DNA of 63,937 bases, filler included, from Octopus bimaculoides (Eukaryota), in assembly GCF_001194135.2 (NCBI RefSeq). It is 5 parts of 5 records of this genome, joined end to end, with 100 filler letters (N's around TTAATTAATTAA, not from the genome) between each part and the next. Parts side by side here need not be neighbours in the genome. Positions count along the whole stretch, not along the records: positions 56,974 to 62,750 come from NC_069005.1; positions 62,851 to 63,937 come from NW_026412334.1; 3 more parts are not named here. The stretch is one strand, 5' to 3'. Of this stretch, positions 62,054 to 63,937 are shown piece by piece. The notes below the pieces were generated by a model. It saw nothing but the letters and a program-made list of their open reading frames with translations, was not told the DNA's origin and made no database searches. Numbering within the stretch: position 1 is the stretch's first letter; the number at the start of each line of letters is the position of its first letter. Position numbers and translations under genes: made by a program.

Positions 62054-62579
62054 AATAGAGTGGGTGAGTGAGAGTGAGAGAGGTTGGGAGAAAGAAAGAG
62101 ATGGAGAAATTGGCACAAAACAATCACAGATGTGACAAGACGAAACTACCGGAAAACTTCTTCATCAGCTGTTCAACTAAGGAATGTGCAGTTTCGGCGC
62201 TAGAGACAGGATTGCTTCATCGTGATACATGCCATTAACGCGAGAAAATTCACGAGGATTTATTCGGTCCAAAGGAAGCAAAGTGACAAAGGCAAACCGT
62301 GGGAACAAAGTTCAATATGTCCTGGTGAGTTATACTAAATTATATCTAACTTCATTAGAGGTAAGATAAATAGATAAGAAATAATTGTGAAATGGCTTAT
62401 TAGAAGGTAGAAAGCGCTACAGAAAATGAAGGGAAAACTATATACGTAAGTCTACTACACCTGGGATAGTACAAAACGTAACACTGGAAAACATCAACAA
62501 CGTAAGGACGGACATTGTGACGGTCGGTGTATAAAACAATCGATATTCTGGTCAATACGTACACACACACACACACACA

Positions 62580-62730
62580 TATGAACTGGTCCGTCGGTTA
62601 CGATCAACGGAACAGCCTGCTTCTGAAATTACCGTGTGGCTGAGTACACCACAAACATGCATGCACTTAACGTAGTTCTCGAGTGTCTTGACCAAGGGCA
62701 CAACACTCCGCCAAGAGTTGAACTCACACG
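62580..62730 (-). mobile_element. Short SINE: CORE-like segment + family-A-type tail
   Basis: Minus strand: gagttcaactc...ttgtgcccttggtcaagacactcgagaactacgttaag...gcaggctgttccgttgatcgtaaccgacgg. Confidence 0.65.
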
Positions 62731-63299
62731 GAATATATATATATATATATNNNNNNNNNNNNNNNNNNNNNNNNNNNNNNNNNNNNNNNNNNNNTTAATT
62801 AATTAANNNNNNNNNNNNNNNNNNNNNNNNNNNNNNNNNNNNNNNNNNNNTAAATAATGTAAATAATGTACATAATTCCTAATCTCTTAAATATAGAACT
62901 CTATTAATGTTCTGTCTGTGATGGCGGTGGGCTTCTTGGTAGTGGTGATGCTGCTGCTACTGCTGTTACTATGGTGCCGAGGGTAGTGGTGGTGGTGTTT
63001 GTGGTGCAGGTAATGGGTGTTGGAGAAGAATGAAGAAGAAGAAGAAGAAGAAGAAGAAGAAGAAGAAGAAGGCATGAGAAGGGAGGAGGAAAAGATAGGG
63101 GAAGAAGTGTGGTGCCTTTAGGGCAATTGGATGAAAACAATTTGGCGTTAGACATAAAATAAACATTCAGGTTAATAGAATAAATGATAAAAGAAAACAA
63201 CAAAACAATCAGCGTAGAGACGTGTCATCACCACCATCATCATCATCATCAAGAGTCAAAGGAAAAAACAACAACAACAATAACGATTATAATAATAAT

Positions 63300-63500
63300 A
63301 ACCATTTCTATTATAGGCACAAGTAGTGGAGAGTAGTGGATTAAATCGACCCCAGTGCTTTATTGGTACTCAATTTATCGACCTCGAAAGGATGAAAGGT
63401 AAAGTCGACCTCGGCGGAATTTGAACTCAGAACGTAAAAACGGACGAAATGCCACTAAGCATTTCGTCCAACGTTCTAATGATTCTGCCAGCTCGCTGTC
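63300..63500 (-). mobile_element. SINE family B
   Basis: gaaaggatgaaaggtaaagtcgacctcggcggaatttgaactcagaacgtaa. Confidence 0.85.
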
Positions 63501-63937
63501 TTAACAGCAACAACAATAATAACAACAACAACAACAACAACGACGACGATGATGATGATGATGATGATGATAAATTATGCACTGCCTGTACCAGACAGTG
63601 GTTCTCATGGTTTCTGATCCTAACTGATTGGAAGTGTTATCATGTACATTGTTTTGTCTTGGTATAAAAAGATGGGCTACAGCAAATATTCTGCTCAATA
63701 CCACAGATTTGCTTATCAGTTTGACCTTAACCAGTTGCGTATGTCCCTTAGTGGCTGACAATATGTGCATCTCTGAGCCACACTACTACTACTACTACTA
63801 CTAAGGAGCCACACAGATCCTGGATCATCCCAACCATCAAGGGTCCTACTTCAACCTACAATACCAGCTTAGAATAGGTTCACTGACTCAAGCCATCTAT
63901 GCTGCATTCATCCGACTTTGAACCAATTTACTGGGGG

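Overview
AT-rich, gappy animal genomic DNA saturated with microsatellites and tRNA-derived SINEs. The repeat landscape points to an octopus or other coleoid cephalopod (inference). Almost all entries in the ORF track are microsatellite or N-gap artefacts. Hand-splicing recovers the real genes. (1) A complete 4-exon, minus-strand gene for a 227-aa type II membrane TNF-superfamily-like ligand: join 7246-7025, 5908-5878, 5348-5301, 4842-4460. (2) A tandem paralog about 7.4 kb upstream with intact exons 2-4 (14309-14267, 13635-13588, 12282-11894), about 63% identical in the TNF-domain exon; I could not find its transmembrane exon 1. (3) A probable signal-peptide first exon of an unidentified plus-strand gene at 49937-50003, with uORFs and an open in-frame upstream extension. 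The rest is decayed hAT, Tc1/mariner, RTE, CR1-like and I/Jockey-like elements, several clean MITEs with target-site duplications, and at least four SINE types that share modules. Four 100-bp gaps carry a synthetic TTAATTAATTAA linker, so the window is five stitched scaffolds. All alignments and counts were done by eye.
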